A stretch of 64,000 nucleotides of DNA from Lama guanicoe. Its lineage: Eukaryota. The DNA is taken from NCBI GenBank assembly GCA_013239625.1, contig MU055785.1, forward strand, positions 622,001-686,000. The letters are read 5' to 3'. The translations under genes were made by a program, and so were the position numbers. Of the stretch, positions 27,102-40,300 are shown piece after piece. Position 1 is the stretch's first letter; each line of letters opens with the position of its first letter. The notes under the pieces were generated by a model that saw nothing but the letters and a program-made list of their open reading frames with translations, did not search any database and was not told where the DNA came from.

Positions 27102-28352
27102 TCAGCTCTTGCTCGTCCATGAAGGGCTTTTCAAGTTTCCTGGGGCAGGTTTCCCTGACAGTGTGGAGGTGGCGGCTGGGTCCTGTGGGGCAGCCTGGGA
27201 CTCACGCCAGAAGGGAGACTCGCTCAGCCTGGCGTCCTGGGGGTTGGCAATGGTGGACGCGTCGGCCTCGCTGGACAGGTCCTCGGTGGAGAGGTTGAGG
27301 CTCCCGAGCTTGGCCAGTGAGTGCGAGCGCTTGAGTGGGGACGAGACGGTGAGGCCCGCCAGCCGGAGCCGGGTCTCGATCTCCTGCGTCCGCTGCTTCA
27401 CCAGCCCGGGCTTCCCGCGGACGCTGTGGATGCTGTCGCTGCTGGAGCTCCGGGTCAGGTTGGAGCTCATGGAGGACGAGGTGGGGGTGTAGCAGATGGT
27501 CTTCAGAAAGTCTTTCGAGAAGTGGCTGGTGTGGTCCGGGCGGCAGAGGAAGGGCGTGGGGCTCTTCAGCAGGGCTCCGTCTGGCAGAGGGCCGGCCTCA
27601 GACTTCTCACTGACCCCCGCCTGGCCGGGCTGGGCCGGGGCCCCCACTGGAGGGACAGGAGCCAGGTCCTGGTTCTCCTCGGGGATGCTGGCCTCCAGCC
27701 TGCAGGCGGGGCCTTCCCTGAGGGGAGCCGCCGGGTCCAAGGGCGCGCCCTTCATCCTCTCTAGTTCTTTGGTGTGCTTGCGGACCAAGCCCGCCTTCTG
27801 CAGCTGGAGGATGGATTCCTGGTGCTGCATCAGGTAGCTGCTGGTCGTCGGCTTCGCGGATTCCTTACTGAACAGGCGCCGCAGGTCCTTGGCCGGCTTC
27901 AGATCTTTCCTGGGTGGAGATTCTTCCTTGGCTACTTCCGTGCTGGGGGGGTTCCTATCACAGTGAGAATTCTTCAGAAGGAGGGACTTTGGCAGGACTT
28001 TTTGAGTCTCTCTGGAAGGTTCCAAAAGGCTAGCGGGCAGCTCGGGGGCAGCCCCGGCCCCAGGGCCACCGGTGTCTGGCCTCCTTGAGCCGGCTGGTGG
28101 CAGGAATGGGGAGGTTTCAACTGGACCAGAGGACAATTTCTCCAAAGCGCGGGGCCTGCTGGGCACGTGGGCCACGGGGGAAGATGTGAGGGGGGGCAGG
28201 AAGGCGGGCTGGGTGCAGATGGCGGGAGCTCCGGGGTTCTTGCATCGCTCCCCGAAGGCCTCGGGAGTCCCGCTGGCTGGAGGGTACATGCATTCAGCGC
28301 AGGACTGGTAGGAAGGCTTCACTTTGTTAAGGATCCCAAAGATAGCATCGTG
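27102..28352 (-). CDS. SSH1: SSH1 terminal exon 15, coding part (HDAIFGILNKV...SPSWTSKS*)
   Basis: Acceptor tttcag|CAC; TGA at 27102-27104. Contains RSSSSDS and RSHSLA, the known 14-3-3-binding phosphosites of SSH1. Confidence 0.97.
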   Translation of the reverse strand, partial: HDAIFGILNKVKPSYQSCAECMYPPASGTPEAFGERCKNPGAPAICTQPAFLPPLTSSPVAHVPSRPRALEKLSSGPVETSPFLPPAGSRRPDTGGPGAGAAPELPASLLEPSRETQKVLPKSLLLKNSHCDRNPPSTEVAKEESPPRKDLKPAKDLRRLFSKESAKPTTSSYLMQHQESILQLQKAGLVRKHTKELERMKGAPLDPAAPLREGPACRLEASIPEENQDLAPVPPVGAPAQPGQAGVSEKSEAGPLPDGALLKSPTPFLCRPDHTSHFSKDFLKTICYTPTSSSMSSNLTRSSSSDSIHSVRGKPGLVKQRTQEIETRLRLAGLTVSSPLKRSHSLAKLGSLNLSTEDLSSEADASTIANPQDARLSESPFWRESQAAPQDPAATSTLSGKPAPGNLKSPSWTSKS

Positions 28353-31300
28353 CTGAAAGGGACAAGAACATTGTGAGGGCACAACACAAGCCGAAGACTG
28401 GGGTGGGAGGCGGGGCTGGGGACAAGGCTCTTGCTTCAGTTGGTGTCAGAACAGAGACCTCTCTGACCCCACTGGACTGTCACTAATGCAGGTTAGGGAT
28501 GCTAAACCAAACTTCCCAGGAGCTATCAGCCCAAGAGCCTGGATAAACCTTCGGCCAGGTGGCCAGGAGCAGGGCCTCCAAGGGCCTCCCTTCTCAACCC
28601 CATCTCTGCCACCTGCACCATATCCGGAGCCTTGGCCTCACCTGGAATCAGGGGAACTCTGCCCTTGCGGTATCATGAGAATTAAGTGAAATAATGTTTC
28701 TGGCAGAGTGACTGTGAAAGGGCCCGGAGTCTGGCACGAACGTACCGTGGCTCCAAGGAACCACCATCTGGCTGTGGTCTTCACGGACAGGTGACAGAGG
28801 GCAAGACGGTTTGGGAGAGACCCTAACACAGTCCCACACAGGGTGCCACAGTCCTGATGAAGGAGCCAGGCGGAGGAGGGTTTTAGACACCAGTGGGAAG
28901 CACGTCTGCATCGCTTCCCGAGGAAAACCCCTGCCCCTGGTCACTAGGGATCAACGTGAACCCCACGTGGGTGTCTCCATCCCGTCCTCCCTGATCCAAC
29001 CAGTGACGGGCGCCAGGGCTGCTCTCCTGGGCCAAGACAGGGCTGAGAAAGGCAGAAGAGGAGGCAAGGGAGTGACTCTCTCCTCTCGAAGAGAGTTGTT
29101 CAGCTGTCAGATTCCTAAGCTGGTTGAAAACTGAGCTTTCTTGGCAAAAGGTTTCTCCCTGCCCCTCTGTCACTTCAGGGACTCATGCCATCCTGTGTGG
29201 CGGACTGAGTTCCCCCCAACCCAAGAAGTCAGGGCTGGTTCAGTCCTAGAGGAGTCAAGAAGAAACTCAGCCCCGATTCCTGAAGGTTGCAGAGGGGTGT
29301 GCGGAGAGCACATGGTGGGGCAGAGGGAGAGGCCAGGTCTCCTACAGGAGCCCCTCCTACTCAGGATTCCTGGCGCTGGCTTCCGGCTCAGCCAGTGTGA
29401 CCTGATCACCCCCATGGTGAAGCCTGATCACAGACATGTTCCTGAAGCTCTGACCCAAGAGCCCATGTGCTCATTTCTTCTAAAACCTAATGTTCTAAAA
29501 TGTGGTAAAATCTGCCACGGTGGGAGATTTGAGAGCACCTTTCAGAGCTCACGGGGCGAAAGGGTAGAAGGGAATTCATTCCTCCCACTCATGCTTAGGG
29601 AGCATCTGTCCTGTGCCAGGCCTTATATCAGGCACAGGGGCTGCAAGACAGTCCCTGCCCTCCAAGGGCCTGCTGTCCACTGTGGACATGACCAGGAAAC
29701 TGTGCAAAGTGCCCAGAAAGAGAGGGCACATCCTTCCCGGAGGGTTGGACAGCTCAGCAGCAGGGCTCTGACTCTGAACGCCTCCTGGGCTGTGTAGTTC
29801 AGTCCACGCCTCATCCTCTGAGCCACCCCCATCTCAGGTTCCTGGTTTCCAACTCATCCTGTCAAGCCTGCCTGCAGCCCACAGCCAGAGGGGCCTCGTA
29901 TCTGCTGCCTAATGCCCTCCTGTGCTTCCCAGCACCCCCAGAGCCATGTGCAGGGCCCTGTCATCATGTCCCGAGGCCTCACATGGGCCTGGCCACCTGT
30001 CCAACTGCACCTCAGACCACTCACTCACTGCCCCTGAACCACGCCAAGCTGTCCGTCCTCAGGGGCCTGGGTCCCAGAAGCCTCTCCTCCTGGCTCTGCC
30101 TGTCCAGCTCCTTCTCACCCCGTCCCTTCCTTACTGTCCTCCACTCCGAGGTTCACCTGCATCATCACACCAAGCACCAAGTGTTCTTCTCCATGACATC
30201 CTTGAGTGTTCACCATCCAGCTCCCCAGAAGACCCTGTGTGCTGAGTCACCTCACGGCTGCCCCCCCTCACCAACCAGGCCTCAGAGTCAACAAACATGA
30301 ATGAACGCTTGTCTCTAGGTCCTTGTCCCTAGATGACATCACCCACCCAGACTCCAGCCAGGACAGGAAGGCTGGGCCCTGCATCCACCGTCTCATCTAA
30401 GTTCTCTCGTGTTCCTCCTTCTATGACTCACCACCACATCATTTCGGACTAACTGAGGCACCACTGTCCTGGACAGAGAGGTTTTATATTGTCTGTCTCA
30501 ATGGGTATTTGCTCTTTAAAGGGAGAGTGAACAGTGGAGGAAATTCGTGAGTAATTAATATTCAGTTTGGAACTTGTTCCATGATTTAGAGTACGGAGGA
30601 GCTAACTTCCCAGTTTCATTTGCATTATAACATGAGCGTGGCCAACTCTCTGTGCATGGGAACGCACCTGTCAGCCTCCAAGTGCTCTCATTGGAGAATC
30701 ACCGCTGTCGGGGGAGCTGGGCGGTGAGGCCAGGGGAAATGAAGCTCCCTGTCCCTGGGGGAGCCAGCCAGCGGCAGAGCGAGGGCAGAACTCAAGACCA
30801 GGTGACAGGGCACACCCCTCCCCCAAACCAGCCTCCACTCTGGGGCCACTTGGAGGAGGAAAATGGCTGGATGAATTCCTGATTTTCCGAGCAAGCACCA
30901 GGGGGGAGGATGAAGTCCTGTTGCAGAGAATCCACTAAATATGACAGCTACAGGGGGCCGATGGAGTTAAGCATTAGAATCCGAGTTGCAAGACTAGATA
31001 TTTGATGATGTTAGGGAATCACAATCAATTTCTTCAAGATAGTGGCGGGAGGTATAGCTCAGTGGTAGAGTGTATGCTTAGCACGCATTAAGTCCTGGGT
31101 TCAATCCCCAGCGCCTCCATTAAAATACGTAAATAACCTAATTACCTCCCTCCATCAAAAACAATTTCTTCAAGGTGGCAATGGTACTGTGGTTATATTA
31201 TAGACGGAAGCATCTAGGATGGAAATGATAAATCTTGTATTTGATTCGTTTCAGGATAATCCAGGGTGCGGTGAAGTGGATGGGGTGTGACCAAATAAAA

Positions 31301-34300
31301 AACAGACGCGTACTACTGGTAAAGGCTGAAGCCGGGTGATAAGTTTTCCATTTTACATAACAAGAAAGAAAAAAGGACTTCCAAGCCCTGCCTAAGACAC
31401 AAGGCGCCAGGGTGAAGAGGGCACGTGGGCATGACCGCTGTTCCACGTGGGTCCCTGCCCCCACCCAGCGGAGCCGGCAGTGGCGGAGCAGGCAGAAGGG
31501 CGGGACCGGGCGGGGGCGGGGCCGGGGCCGGCGGAGGGGNNNNNNNNNNNNNNNNNNNNNNNNNNNNNNNNNNNNNNNNNNNNNNNNNNNNNNNNNNNNN
31601 NNNNNNNNNNNNNNNNNNNNNNNNNNNNNNNNNNNNNNNNNNNNNNNNNNNNNNNNNNNNNNNNNNNNNNNNNNNNNNNNNNNNNNNNNNNNNNNNNNNN
31701 NNNNNNNNNNNNNNNNNNNNNNNNNNNNNNNNNNNNNNNNNNNNNNNNNNNNNNNNNNNGGGGAGCTCCTACCTCGAAGTCGTTGGGACATTTCCTCTTG
31801 CTATTGTTGTTATTTAGGTTTTCCCGGTTGAGCAGGTTATCAAGCTCGGTTGCGGGCTGCCCCCACCTCCCTGCTCCCAGGGCCTCTTCCCGCTCCATCT
31901 CGTCCACCTGCGGGGAGGTGTCGCCCCTGGCCCCCGGGGGGCTTCCGAACTCTAGCTGCTTTTTCGCTTCCTTCTCGCAGAGTCCAGGACCTTCCTGGGG
32001 ACGTCTGGCTGGCTTGCACTCTTCTGCCGGCTGAGTGGCCTCCTCCAACAGGGCATCCCTCTCCAGGTCTTCCAGGTGGACCAAGCAGCCGGTCGCGTCA
32101 CCGGGGGAGGGCAGGAGGGGGTCGGAGAGTCGCCGGAAACAGCAGGGGAGAGCAGGTTCCTCCGGGGCCCCACCACCCGGGAACCCAGGCTGGGCAGCAT
32201 CGTCCAGGCAGGGCAGCTGGGCTTCCGGGGTGTCGTCCAGGGTGTCCGGCAGGAAGTCCCCGGGCCCCGCAGGGTCATCCACGGGCTGCTGGAGGCAGCT
32301 GTCCGGCTGCTGGCGCCAGAGCTTGTTGTGCCGCTGTTTGCTGAGGGGGAAGGAGGGCGGAGGAAGGTCAGCAGAGGCCAGTGCCCCGGGGGGGTCCTGG
32401 GAAGAGGGCTGGGCAGGGAGCCAGCAAGGGGCAGCCCGGGGTGCAGGTGGACGCCAAGGTCACCTAGGTACAGCCTCTCTCTGTTCGTTTGTCCTCAAGA
32501 AACTCAAGGATGAAATGGCCCTAGGACCCTACGTCATCCCCGAATGAGAAACCGTAAACAGCTTTGTCCTGTGATGACGTGGCAGATACACAAAGAGAGT
32601 CTGGACCTGAGATCCTGTCACAGTCCTAGTGTCCCAGCTCACCTGGTGAGCCTGGTCACACCACTTACGTCCCCTCTCTGCTTCCCCATCTGTCAAAGAA
32701 AAATAAGAACCCCCTCCTACTCTGACATAGGAAGCAACCTGGATCAAAGCAGAGCGTCGGTAAAGGTTTATCCAACAGTAACGTGACCACGAAAACACAT
32801 AATGCACCTGAATAAAGTTGGGATGGTGCCAGAAAATGGGAAATATTTGTGAAGATCAGAGAGATTACAGGTCAGTTTTGAAACTATGTCTTCTAATACT
32901 GTGTGTGGTATTGTTCTTATAATACATTTTTTTAAATGTAAGGGATTAAAAAAAGGGGGGGCTTATAGTGACAAGGTAAATGAGTCACCTCTGTGAACCT
33001 TAGAGAATCACCAACATCATGGGGTTGTGAGGGCTAAGAGGAGAGAGAGGTAGTTTAAAAGGACGTGCAAGCTAAGGATTTGCTGCTGTTCTTCAACGAG
33101 GGAGTATCAGGGTCATTCTCTGCCATCTGAGTTGTGTGCATCCTCCAGGGAAGGCCAAGAGGGCCCTTGGATGGAGCTGTAATTCAAGGTCAATGCTGTG
33201 CTGCTGTGAACCTGGCCTTGAAACCCCTGGTTAGGCTGCAAACCCCTGATGGCAGCAAGTGACTGAAGGACTAAGGGAGGGGGGAGCAGGCTGTCCTCCC
33301 CGCTTCCCCCTCCCCGGACCTCCTCCCCTTCCCCGTCTCCTTCCCACTCGGCCCTGCCTGCCTGCCCATCTGCCCAGTTGCTCTTGATTGACAGTGAAGG
33401 CATTCAGAGATGTCCAGAGCTGTTCTCCAGCCCCTCAGGACACTCCCGTTTCCTCAAACGTGGCCAAGAAGCCAGTGGGCTTAGCCTGTGGCTTCACACC
33501 ACCCACCAGAAATAATCCAGGGAGGTCTCAGAACAGAAAAGGAACAGGGAGAGAGTGAGTCCCGGAGTCCAGGAGGGGTCTGCCTGGGATCCCCTGGAGA
33601 CCTCCCTGCACCGGAGCCCTGGAGGCTGAGAAACCCAGGCGTGTGTTCCACCCCTCCTCCCTCCTCACCCCCTCACTGACTATGTGAGGTCGGGCACATT
33701 AACCTCCAGCGACAGTTCCTCACTCCTCTATAAATGGGGGGATCACCAGTCCTTTGCAGACCTTTTCCCTGGCAGTGGGGGGAAGGCAGAGACACAGAAA
33801 GAAGCTCTGTCATCATTTACTTCGAGATGGGACCAGTGCAGCATCTGAATGGTACTCATGGAAATTTCACAGCATCCTTAGTGGGGGTTACTGGTTCTTA
33901 ACTCAGAAGACTGAGGCTGGGGGAGAAGCTGCCAGCTCATCGGTGGTGGGGCCGGGTCTGCATCTGCAGTCCTTGGAACGGCCCTGCGGTGAAGCCTGGC
34001 CCGGGGCTCGGCACACAGCAGACGCTCGGGAAACAGACAGCCACGGCCGGAGCGGCACGCGGAGTCGTGCCTTGGATGGGAAGCCGTGCACCGTTCCCTC
34101 TGGCCGCAGAGAAGCTTTATGCGTGTGCCAACACAATCGAAACAGATCCCTCCTGGAAACCACTAATCAAACCCCAAACAATAGTTGTTTTTCTCAAACT
34201 GGCTCCCCCCACCTCTGAGAGGTGGGGATTTTTGGCTGCGGAAGCCGCTGCCAGGCCCGGCGGGAGCTCACTCGGACGCCGGCTGGGCTCCTGGGGCTCA

Positions 34301-37300
34301 GCTCTGCCAATTCGTCTGTGCAGACAGTCACCCACCTGGCGTCCAGGATGCCTTCGTACTCAGACAGCTGCCTCATAAAGCCGGCGTTGGGGCGCGTGAC
34401 GCTGCGTTTCTCCTTCACATAGTTGTACGCCTTCTCCAGGGGCCAGCCGAACTCCTTCATGGCATAGGCTATGACCGTGGAGGCCGAGCGGCTCACGCCC
34501 ATCTTACAGTGCACCAGGCACTTGGACCGGTTCCTCCTGCAGCGGCGGTGGGGGGGGGGGGAGAGCGCCAAAGCTTACGCAACCGCAGCCTCTCAGGTCT
34601 GGAGCAACAGATTTTTTTTAAAAACCCTGAAGTTATCTTAGTGCCCAAACCGTCCGAGGTCCTGGTGTTTATGCAGCAGGCGTCCATACACCCTCAAAAG
34701 GAAATAACTGCACTGCAAAATCAATTCTCACACAATGGGAACCGAGATAAGTCCATCCTGGCCTGGCCAAGTTTTGCAAGGAGAGCGCTCCCCAGTCGGG
34801 CCGCCTTAGGGGCACAGGGGGAGGCTCCCCACGTGGCTGGGACAGATCAGAAGACCAGAGCCCCCCTTTGGAGGGAAGCAACCGGGCAGAGGAAGGGGTA
34901 AATACAAAAGCTACTCAGCTGCATTAGAGCAGATGGAGACAGCGAATGGGTTACTGCGGAAACGGGTCAGTGAGCTGAAAGCCGCAGGGCCCTTGGGAGA
35001 CAGAGGTCCTCAGAGCTGGCATGAGGACCACGGCGGCAGCCGCCTCAGCCACGAGTGAAGGGAGCCAAAGGAAATAGATGGGGCTGATCGGCTTTTTGTA
35101 AGGAGGCGGTGGCGGCCCTGGTGGGGCTGCCTGACCAGGCACGACAAGGCCAGGAACAGCATTTCCCCAGATACTGCCTGCTCAAAAATGTAGGGGGGCC
35201 ACCAGGCTGGAGGGCTGCACCTGTGAACCTTTATTTGTATGGAAGGTAGGCCGGCCAGCCTGCTGGTTTACATCAGAGGCAGCCCACCTGTGATGGGGAG
35301 AGCAGGCTCATTTCTTATACTCTGGGCTTAAAATTCATCCACAAATTTCAGTGGGTTTTTTTTTTCTGACTGCTAGAGTCCATCTCCCGGGAATCCAAGG
35401 GAACTCAGATTGGGTCCTACGTGGTGAAGCTCTGACCTAGAGGGGTGCACAGCAGGAGTAGGGCTGTGTCTTTCTGGTCCTGACTTCAGTAAGACAGAGT
35501 TGTTCTGTGGAAGAGAATAAGGTAAGGACAGAAGATGGGTGACAGCCTCGGGGCAGTGGGGACTGCTGATGGTTACCCCATTTTACACACACATAGAAGT
35601 TGCACCAACACTGGTGGAGGTGGGCCACAGCGCAGGGCAGCTGCCCGGGTAGATTTCTCCAGGGAAGCAGCCCCAAAGGTGCCCTGAGTCTCGTACGGCC
35701 CACTCTCCCCTTCCCCACGCTGGCTCAGTGACTCCCCGTGGGCAGAGCTCCTAAGTGTCCACTTGGTACAGGAGCCAGGCTTGGGCCAGTGCTGCCTATG
35801 AAACAGAGGGTCAGATGTGTGACAGGTGGGTGAGAATGAGCTCACTCGGGACCCCCTGGAGATGGACGACCCGGCCCCTTCAGAGCCTGGGGGTCTGTGG
35901 TCTAAAACCAGAGGGGTATCAGAGCTCACAGGCCCCACCAGCCAGGAGGCAGCTGTGTCTGGGACCGCCATTAGTGTCTGCCCACCCTGTGCCTGCCAGT
36001 CCACTTCTTCCTCAGCCTAGTTTCTTTGGCTTCTCTGCTCACTTACTTTGCTTTGTTGATAAAATGGTACGCCTCGTTCCAGTGGGCGAGGAGGTCTGTG
36101 GTCTCTTCATCGTAGACTCGGATGTTATGATAGGCAAATAAGCCAGGGAAAAAATTATCTATTTCTCTAGTGACATTTAAAATGTAGTCAACACTGCAAT
36201 GAGAAAAAATAAAGAACAAATTTGGAGAATCAGAACGAGGACTGACCAAAAAAAGAACAAGAAACCTCACAGAGAAAACATTAAATACTAATAAAGGTTG
36301 TGTGTTTCTATGGTGGGACTTTTGTTTTTCCTTCGTTGTGGATTTTTTTTTTTTTGGTATCTTCTAAATGCTTTCTATTTGATGAGAATATATAATATTT
36401 ACAGTAAAAAACAAATTTCAGTATTAAAAACTTATAAAAAGAAAAAAAAAACTTATAAAAAGAAAACTCAGTCCAAAGCATTGCTAAGCCATGTTAATTC
36501 TGGGAAGTAGACATATGTATTACTTAAATACATTTTTAAACTCTTAAAGTTTCAAAATTCAAAACTATAATTCAAAACTATTATGGGGATACAGAAGCTT
36601 TGTAAAAAAAAAAAAACACCCAAAGTCTCCAATTTTAAATAGTTAAAAAGCTGAATATATCCGTCCATTGTTTATGTCCTTGGGAAGTGCCTTAAATCCT
36701 TCTTGAAGCAAGGGAGGCTATAAATAAATAAGCAGTTGGGAGGGTCTGCTAACCTAGCTAAACCCAGGTTCTATAGCTCTCTAAACTTAATACTTACATT
36801 CCAGGAAGACCAAAATAATTTCACGAGTTTGAAAACATCTCAAATAGATTTCACAAGAGAATACGTACAAATGCTTTGAAAAAAAATGCTTTAAAATCAT
36901 TTATTTACTCCCAGAAAGGTAGAAAGCACAGACAGAATCACCCTACAACTTTAGATCACTTTCTGTTGAAAGAACATATCTTAACCAGTAGTTCCAAAGA
37001 TACATTTTCAGATTTGTTTAGTCTTGACTTTTAAATGCAGTAATTCAAAAAACGCCATCATGTCAGACCCACAGGATGGTGATTTTGTGGTTGTGTTGTT
37101 TTTAAAAAAAATGTCCAGACATCTGTTCTTGAAGGTCTAGGTTTAAACATTTTTCATTCCTGCTGCTGAGTATTTCTCAGACCAAGACAGGCATATGCTT
37201 CCAGCCAACGCTGAGTATTGAGCTGCAAGATTCCCACCAGGCTCAAAAGTACAAGCTCAGATAGAACCAGGAGTGGTCCGGGGAGCAGGGCTGCTGAGTG

Positions 37301-40300
37301 GCCCACCGGGAAGTGTGTCCACACCGGGGCTCTCAGCATCTCACCTGGGCAGTGGGAGGGGGCTCATGGCTCCAGCTGCATCCAGGCTATCCTGTGCCAT
37401 TTGAGGGTGGCTTAGAAACACCCTCTGTGACACCCACCATCCCAAACCCCAGTAAAATCTAAAACCCGTGAGTTATTCAGGTGGTGGCATTCTGAAGCAC
37501 GTCTGTTTAGCCATGCAAATCAGGCTGGCAGCCTGATCTGGAGACTGGGGTGGGGGCGGCTGGGCGGGCAGCACCAGGGCTCAGCCTCAACCCGACCCCG
37601 ACGGCTGAGCTGAGGGTTTCTGAGCTGCCTGGAAGGACAAGGGAAGACAAGGGGAGCAGACTCACCCTGAGCCCTGCAGTTCCTCCAGATTGGATGCATT
37701 CCATTCAGAGCCCTGGGGGACAGATCACACAAACCCCCGTGAGTGTCACACATCAGCTCAGAGCTGCTTGCGGGATATACAGTGTGCCCTGGCCCTGACA
37801 GGCGGGTATTTCACGGGCCCCTGGCCTCATAGGACAGAAAACTGAAAGAGGCCGTTATCCAAGCAGGTTCCTGAGGTGTTTGTGGCATCGTCAGCGGAAC
37901 CGGGAAAAAGCCGGTCGGGGAAACTCTGCCCTCCTCTCACCGCTCTCTTTCCTGACTCCGGCAGTGTCCTGTCACCAGAGGCAGTGACCTCTGAAGTCCC
38001 ACTCGGGACAGGGCACTTCCACGTACAACTAACTAGAGTGGGACTCGACCTACCTCTTCTGGGAGGTATTTTGGCAATATTTAAAAAGTTCCCACCCTCT
38101 GACCTAGAAATTCCACTTTTGAAGAGCTACCCTAAAGAAACATCCAGAATTTTGTGCAAGGATATTTACGATTATTTATAATAACAAAACAGCAGGAACA
38201 ACCCAAAGGTCCGACAAGAAGAAATTAGCAACATAAGTGATGATGGGTCCATACGAGGGGGCCATCAAAACAAATCATAGCTTTGGGGGATATTTAATGA
38301 CACAGGGCAGTATGACGTCATGAAAAAGAATGTTTTAAAGCAGGACAAAAAACTGTCAACTAACAGGATGGTTCTTTCCTTTTCTTTCTCTTTCTTTTTT
38401 AAAGCAGCTACAAACACATTAAAATAAAAGAAAACCCCGAAGATAGAAAAATAAATGTCCCAAAGCGTTAACAGTGACTACCTCTGGATCTGTGAAGTTG
38501 GAGTGCTTTTAATTTTCTTCTTTAGACTTCTGTTTCCTAACTTTCCATAACACGTTTTAACTTCATACTTTAAAAACAGTATTTGAAAAAACAAACCCTC
38601 CCTTTCTGAGCAGGGAAAAAACAACTCTCTGCTCTTAGGAAATCCAGTCGACACAGAGTCACAAGAAGCAAAAGTCCCCTCTCAGAGTCTCCCTATAAAC
38701 TTCCTTCCCAAGAGGGCGGACCCCTCCGGAGGCAGGGGCGGCAGGGGCCCCAGGGAGGTGGCGGCGCGCGGGCACTGGCTGGATTTTCGTACTGGAGGGA
38801 GAGGCTCAAACATACAAATTCCTTGAGTATCTCTCATGGAAAAAGTGACATAAAGCATCAAACCACACCGAAAAAATAACAAAAGCTCTGCTAAGGCTGT
38901 GAGCACCCTCTTGCCGTGATCACCACCTAGTGGAGAGACAGGCCGGAGGTGCCTTCCGCGCTGGGTCCACCAGGAGAAGCAGTCACCCTCCCAGAGAGAA
39001 GACGGGAGACGGCCCAGGGGTGCCCGACTGCTTTCAAGACCGAGGCTTCAAATTCACACGTCTATATACATTTAAATACCTACATATGAAATGTGCATAT
39101 AGATGGATATACATAAATACATTATATAGACACTTATATACTATGCTTATCTATTATATATTTATAAATGTAATGTATTAAATATACATCAAGACATACA
39201 CACCTGGGGAATAGGTAATTACTTCCTACAGGCAGAAAACAAACCGTTCACGCCTCCAGCAGCAAATACACTTCCTGAACTTTCCCAAGGAAGCAATTTC
39301 TGCTCTAAGGATGGTTACCATCTACGAGTGCTTACAGAAACGGCACTTGGTGCTTTAAACGTGTATTAACTGATCCTCACACTCATCCCCTGACGGTTCA
39401 GGACGAAGGGACAAAGAGGCCCGGAGACTCGCTCCCGGGGGCATGCTGGTCAGGCTGGGGAGGGGGCCCCGGCCGGGCGGGTCTGACTTTCATCACGGCG
39501 TGCTGCCTGTCTACCTGGAGTAACGTGCCTTCCCCTAGGGTCCCTCTGACTCTGAAAACTTGCCGGATGCCTTCTATGGAGATCTACCAGGGATGGAGGT
39601 GAAGAGGGAGAATGCAGGACGCAGTAGCCGAATGAGCAGGGCCTGTTTGCTCCACGGGTTCTGGGAGCAGGGGTTGGGGAGGGGACAGTGCTGCGTCTCA
39701 GGTGTCGGGGTTGAGTCTGCCTCCTCTCCTGGCCCAGGCACAATTCCAGGCTTACGTGCAAGCATGCCCTTTAGTAACGGGTTTTTTTTTTTAAGCCTGC
39801 AGACCATCTGGAGGGGGTTTCTGTGTTAGTGACTGAAGAAGGCAGAGGGTGGTGCACGTCTGAAGAAGGCGGCCAGCTGACTGTGCCAAAGAGCTTTCCA
39901 ACCACTCCCCACGGCTCAGCCGGGAGCTGCAGCTCAAACATCTGGCTCAGAGCAAGCCCGTAGGCCACAGGCCAGAGAAAGGGTTCAGTAGGGGAGTTCC
40001 CGTAAAAGTCAGGACAGAGGCTCCAGTAACGTAAGTTTCTCCCCCTCTATGACTTGCTGCAAACTCCAAACGAATCAAGATCTGATCTCCGTTCCCCAAA
40101 CCAGACCCAGTCGTGCGCTGCGCCTCTTACGAGATAGAGATGGTCGAAGATAAGGGAGGGCTTGTCCATCTGTCCCAAGATGAGGAGCATCTCGTTGTCT
40201 ATGAACTCCTTGAACTCTTTCAAGTTACAGTTCATCTGTTTCTCTAATTCGTTACGGATCTGAGGAGTGGGAAATATTAGGAAAGGGGACTTGTTAAAGC

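Noticed and set aside
26825..32547. Plus-strand ORFs antisense to SSH1 exons 14-15, and ORFs spanning the N gap
   Set aside because: Shadows of GC-rich coding sequence, or artefacts of translating N.
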